DNA of 63,401 nucleotides, filler included, from Olpidium bornovanus S191 (Eukaryota; Fungi; Olpidiomycota): NCBI GenBank assembly GCA_017911155.1. It is 32 parts of 32 records of this genome, joined end to end, with 100 filler letters (N's around TTAATTAATTAA, not from the genome) between each part and the next. Parts side by side here need not be neighbours in the genome. Positions count along the whole stretch, not along the records: positions 57,532 to 59,768 come from JAEFCI010008838.1; positions 59,869 to 62,151 come from JAEFCI010010874.1; positions 62,252 to 63,401 come from JAEFCI010008372.1; 29 more parts are not named here. One strand, 5' to 3'. Shown piece by piece: positions 58,306 to 63,401 of this stretch (position 1 is its first letter; each line of letters starts with the position of its first letter). The notes under the pieces were generated by a model. It saw only the letters and a program-made list of their open reading frames with translations, ran no database searches and was not told where the DNA came from. The position numbers and the translations under genes were made by a program.

Positions 58306-59752
58306 CGGCCGAGAAACCTGCGGGGGGAAGAGAACGGGGGAGTGGGGGGCGCGAAATTCGAAACCCGCGCGACCCTGTGCTGAAAACCGTTTCTTGTGTC
58401 CGATGGACCGTTCGCTTTTTATTTTGTCTCTTTCCTTTTTTTCCTCTTATTTTTTTGTTTTCTGGTTTTTTCCCGTCTTGTTTTACATTTTTTTTTACGT
58501 TTTCGCTTTTTTTTTCTTTTTTTTGACGGGGTTTTTTCGTTTTTATTTTTTTTGTTTTTTTTTTTTTGCTTTTAATATATCGTATATTGATTTTTTCGTT
58601 TTTATTTTATTGTTTTGCTTTTTACTTTATCTAACTTTCCTTACTTCTTCTTTTTATTTATTGAATTTTTTACTTTTTACTTTTTTTTACTTCTCTTTTC
58701 TTCCTATTCTTTTTTTTACCTTCTTTTCATTTTTTTCGGTTTCGTTTCGCCAGATGAGGCCGATTTCTACACCGCCCAGATTCAATACCAGAGAGCGTGG
58801 AAGCTCATGCTGCTTGGCCTGGCTCAAGCCGAATGCCTGGCCAGGTACCTTACCATGATGAACATCGTGCGGGTCATGAAGAGCCTCAACGAGACCTTGC
58901 TCGACCAGTTGACGCGAGATGTAAGGGCGCGCAAACCGCGGCTCGTTCCCACGCTACGCCTGCTTGCGATTCACGGGGATCAGTCGCCGCATTTCGGTCC
59001 TCCAAACAGAGCCTGATCAGGACGCTCCTGAACATAATGATCTCGGACGAGCGGCGGGAGAACCGCCTGAAAGCCGTCTACGTCCTCGGCGAGCTCGGCT
59101 TTTTCCTCGGCGCCGTCCGCGAGCATGATAACTTGCTGTACGCCGTGAGTGGCAGACGACGCTTTTTGCTTTTCGTCCCAAAAGGCCGCAAACAGGATGC
59201 ACTCGGCGCAACGTTTTCGGATGATAGCTTTTTTTAATTTCTTCCCCGTCTCCCGACAAAATCGCGTTTCTCGTCCCTCGCCTTTTTTGAGCAGATGTAC
59301 CGCGAGCTGTCCAAGCGGCTCCTGGAAATACAAGTCGCGGAGAAAAGCGAGATAGCGAAGGTTTTCCTCTGATCATTCGCAGTCCCCCGGAAAAACTGCG
59401 CTGGACCCGCGCCCTCATGTGTTCTGACGACCAGACCGCTGATGTATTCAACACGTGCATTCGCTTCCCCGCCCTCCGCCCCTCCTCCCCTCCAACAACA
59501 CTAAACGAATAACCTGACAAAAAGACAGGCTCCATCAAGTGCGATGACGAGCGCCGGGCGCTAAAGATCTCGCTGTTTCACGCCATCGGCAAGTTCAGCT
59601 GCTCGTCCAACAAGTACTCCTCCCACATCGAGGACATGACTGTTTACCTCATGTACGAAGAATTTGCGAACGGCGAGGCCGCAAACGTCAAAGGCGCCGG
59701 GAACAAGGGGATGTACGTGGTCAAGGCGCTGCTGGACATTATGAACAACCAG
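58030..59752 (+). CDS. Uncharacterised helical (HEAT/ARM-like) multi-exon protein, internal fragment
   Basis: Five frame-compatible exons, including SLIRTLLNIMISDERRENRLKAVYVLGELGFFL and DDERRALKISLFHAIGKF, which show an amphipathic helix pattern. Confidence 0.6.
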
Positions 59753-59868
59753 GTTTGGGAGGAGTCGGNNNNNNNNNNNNNNNNNNNNNNNNNNNNNNNN
59801 NNNNNNNNNNNNTTAATTAATTAANNNNNNNNNNNNNNNNNNNNNNNNNNNNNNNNNNNNNNNNNNNN

Positions 59869-61778
59869 GGTCACGCGCTCTTCTCCCGCGTGCCCGCATC
59901 CGGGTTGTCCGGCGATCCTCTTTATCACCTGTCCCCCGGGGAGTTCGATCAACGCCTCCAGCTCCAGTCGCAGCAAGATGCATTCATGCGACAGCAGCAG
60001 CATCAGCAGCAGCAGCAGCGCGTTTTGGCGCAGCAGCAACTGAGACAACCGTCACCGAGTATTTCGGATCCCTCCACGACGAGATCTTCGATCTTGCCTT
60101 CTACCAATTCGCCGTGGGGCGTGAGATCTCCGGCGATGATGGAGGTGCCGATGCCCGCCGGCGGGAACGCCCACACCCCGTGGTCCTCCCACGGGGGACC
60201 CTTTTCTAATGTACTGGAAGGAGCCCCTCCCGTCCGCGGCGAAGCCCCACAGCAGGGCCGCTCGTCTTGCCCGGCTGAGCTAGTTTGCGAGGCGCCGGTG
60301 TCGGACAAAGCTCTCAAGAAGCCCGTCAGAACCGCCGAAGCGGAGGTTGCATCCAGAGGAAGCGTAGACCAGCTCAAAGGTAAACTTGGAGGCATCCCCG
60401 TTGGCGCCGCAAACGGAGAGACGGCCGCGGACGCGGAGGCCAAGCCAGTAACGTCCAAGCTCGAAGAGAGACGACCGGACAAAAAGAAGGTTCCACGGAA
60501 AGTTTCGGTTCCGGAGACCAACTCGGGAGTCGGCCGTGCCGCCGAAGTTCCGGCCTCGGGTGAGGAGCAGCAAAAGCAATTGTCGCCGAAAAGGCCCGTT
60601 CAGACCGCGGCATCGGCGGAGAAGGGGAAAACGGCGGCAGCAGCAAGAGGTGAGCAGAAGAAGGCCGCTGCCGCGCCGACCGCGCCGGCCGCGCCCGCCC
60701 CGCCGAAGCCGTCCGCGTGGGGAACGCGGGACGATGATGCCCGAGCCCCGACGAACGCGCCGTCCTTGCGCGAGATACAGGAGGCGGAGATCAAGGTGGC
60801 GGAAGCAGCGCGGCTCCAAATGGCGAAGGGGAATGCGAACCGGCCGGCGGCGGCGGAAGTCTGGAGGCCGCTGGAGTCCGGCACCGGCGCGCGGGCGCAA
60901 GCTGAAAAGACGCCTGCGTGGCAGGCGGCCCCGACGGCCAAAAAGAGCCTCCGTCAGATACAACAGGAGGAGGAGGAAAAGCAGCGGGCAAAGGCCGCCA
61001 AACGAGAGCAGTTGGCGGAGGCCACGGGCTCGCTGGGCGGACCGCAGCCTCCCAGCAGACGGTACGCAGAAATGGCTGCCAACAGCGGAGCCGGACCGAC
61101 GACGGCGGCCGGTGCGGCGCGGCGCGGCGTCTCCGCGGCATCGGCCCAGTCTACGACGGCCGGAGAGTCCGCGTGGGTCACCGTAGGGGCCAAGGGCGCC
61201 AACCAGGCCGCGAAACCGCCGCCGCCGCCGCCTCCCTCAGCCGCGAACGCTTGGAAGGTTGCTTCGGCCGCCTCGCCGCAAGAATCGAAGCGTCCCGAGA
61301 GTCCGGGCTCGCGAGGTCCCAGCGCCGAATTCCTGGCGTGGTGCCGCCACAACCTAAGATCGGTCACCGGCGCCAACGGTACGTGTCGCGCCATTGAAAA
61401 AACGTCTTATCCGTTGGACGCCGGTCTCCTGTTCCGATTTCCCAGCTGACAAGACTTGATTTTTTTTACTCGGCCTCGCCAGTTGAGGAGCTCATCCGCA
61501 TGTTCCTGACGTTCCCGGTGGAACCCAACCCCAGCACCGTCGAGATCATCACAGAAGCGGTTTACGCGTCGAGCACGTCTTTGAACGGCCGGTCATTTGC
61601 CGAGGAGTTTGTGCGGCGCCGCCGGTTGGACGCTCAATTCGGCGCCGCGCCAGCACCGGCGCCGAAGCAGCAGCAGCAACAGGAGCAACAGCCGCACGCC
61701 GGCGGCAGCGCGGCCGGCCAGTCCGCAAACGACGGAGGCTTCAAAGTTGTCGGAAAGAAGGGGAAGAGAAGGAACTGA
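59869..61778 (+). CDS. SMY2: GYF-domain protein (Smy2/Mpd2/GIGYF family), C-terminal part; intron 61379-61482
   Basis: PSAWG...PSLREIQEAE; AW...KKSLRQIQQEEE; AWVTVG; PSAEFLAWCRHNL...|VEELIRMFLTFP...IITEAVY...LNGRSFAEEFVRRRRLD; FKVVGKKGKRRN*. The GYF domain itself lies upstream and is not in the contig. Confidence 0.8.
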
Positions 61779-62370
61779 AAAGAGTTTTGAAGTGATCATC
61801 GTAATTACTTTTTTCCTCGGGGCGCGGCCTGCGCACGTGCCGAAGGAAAAGAAAAAGCGATTTTCCGGTCGTCGTTTTTTGTTTTTTTTGTTTTTCTTTT
61901 TTTTACCCATCGCAAACCGTTTTGCACGCGCCGTAAAAGAGACCTGCACGCCGCCCCTGCTGCCCGCTCGTCCGTCCAGCCACGGCACAGCCCCAACCTC
62001 CCTTTGGGGACGTCTGTCTGGTGCAACGCTCATGCGCGCGGGTGCCGCATAGGAAATTTGGTCGACTTTTCGGCCGGGCCCCTTTCGATTGCCGGATCCC
62101 GACAAAACCAATAGACCAATGCCTGAGGTTTCAGGGCAGGCAAAAGCAACCNNNNNNNNNNNNNNNNNNNNNNNNNNNNNNNNNNNNNNNNNNNNTTAAT
62201 TAATTAANNNNNNNNNNNNNNNNNNNNNNNNNNNNNNNNNNNNNNNNNNNNCCTCCCTTCTCGTCCTGAGACCGAAAGACGGCCCGGCCCGCCTTCCTCC
62301 AGGGAGGCCGGTCGCTTTTTGGAAAGTTGCGCCGTCTCTGGGAACACAGACGATATCCGCACGCCCTACA

Positions 62371-62821
62371 TGTCGCAGGGCGTGCGGATATCGTCAAAGA
62401 GACGTGCGTTGCGCACACCGGCCGGTGTGGCAGGTACCCGGCCCAGTCACGTGACCTCCGGACTGGAACCCCCCACACGTGCGGAGTTTCCACACGCGTA
62501 ACACGCCAGGCCACGCAAGCCCGGCTGTCTGACACACTGGGACGGACCCACGCCGAGAACACACGCTTGTGGACACACTCGCGCGGAGAATACACTCGCG
62601 CGGAGAACACACTCGCGCGGAGAACACACTCGCGGGCGGTCCACGCCCGCGCGCACAAGTCCGCGCCCGCGCCCACACATAAATAGAGCAGTTGAACGGA
62701 GTAACCTTATACACACAGAATCCAGATCTCGTGCACAGAAAGAACCTTGAGCTAGACGTAGTCGTCCAGAATATTGACACCAGACCACGCTCCAGCGTTT
62801 GTCAATAAAGACTTCGTTACA
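62371..62821 (+). mobile_element. LTR (about 451 nt), solo or 3' LTR
   Basis: TGT...GTTACA termini. U3-like 17-nt tandem repeats (62575-62635), CATAAATAGAGC TATA-like box at about 62679, and AATAAA at about 62804. Confidence 0.65.
62575..62635. repeat. 17-nt tandem repeat (acactcgcgcggagaa[t/c]) x3.5 inside the LTR
   Basis: Unit starts at 62575, 62592, 62609 and 62626. Confidence 0.95.
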
Positions 62822-63401
62822 ACACACCCCCCGCCCCAGTGCACACTCTATCCCTCCTTCCCCCCCTCCCCCACGGATTTTCCTATTGCGGGCCCCGAGG
62901 TTCTTCTTGGAGCCGGCCTCTTCGACGCGTGGTATCCCATAAGACGCGCCGAGGTTGCCCCGGGTTTGCCCGCCGCTGCCGTCCCAGATTCGGGCCAGAC
63001 ACAACGCGGCTTGTGGGCTCTTTTGGGCAGGCTTCGGTGCGCGGAATTGGCCGAGGGGTTAATTCGCTTTGTTTTGTGTTTGTTTTTGTTTTCTTTTTGG
63101 TTTTGTTTTTATTTTGCCGGGAAAATAGGGGGAGGGAACGCGTCGGCGCGCCGAACGGGAAAGGGGGAAAGAAAGAAGCGGGGCTGCAGAATATTCCGGA
63201 CACCCGCGTCTCCGCCCCGTCCCAACGCAAGGCGTGACAGGGGACGCCTTAGAAGGCAGAAACAAAAAAAAAAACGCTGTGCTATGCGCGCTGTGTCCCT
63301 CCCGCCCTCTAGCTTCTTCCCCAAGGGCGCATCGTTTTCCGGCTTCCGTCGCGCAGGAAAAAAAAAAATTGAAGAAAAACTAAAAAAAAAAAAAAATTGA
63401 A

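Overview
This is not contiguous genomic DNA. It is 32 short contigs (about 1-4 kb) joined by 31 identical artificial 100-nt spacers (44 N + TTAATTAATTAA + 44 N), so neighbourhood across spacers means nothing. The sequence is GC-rich, intron-dense eukaryotic DNA from a fungus, probably an early-diverging lineage (an Olpidium-like draft is my inference, unverified). It has many homopolymer runs, and 14 of 64 contig ends are exactly CATG. Recognisable genes: MCM4 (5' part), FIS1 (complete), HMG-CoA reductase (part), RPS22/uS8 (3' part), gluconokinase (complete), YPT1/Rab1 (complete), class III ADH/formaldehyde dehydrogenase (part), LOA1/VPS66-like acyltransferase (part), MED14/RGR1 C-terminus, RPS23/uS12 (complete but frameshifted and divergent), fungalysin M36 (3' part), a SMY2/GIGYF-type C-terminus, a degenerate importin-beta fragment and a ricin-B-like exon. 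There are also several unidentified multi-exon genes, decayed Ty1/copia and Ty3/gypsy pieces, and LTRs. The most interesting candidates are a spliced gene for a signal-peptide + RING-H2 protein (possible secreted E3-ligase effector), an unusually divergent uS12, a head-to-head LTR palindrome, a miniature LTR element with a U5/PBS hairpin, and non-canonical splice donors. No CRISPR array, rRNA or tRNA gene was found.
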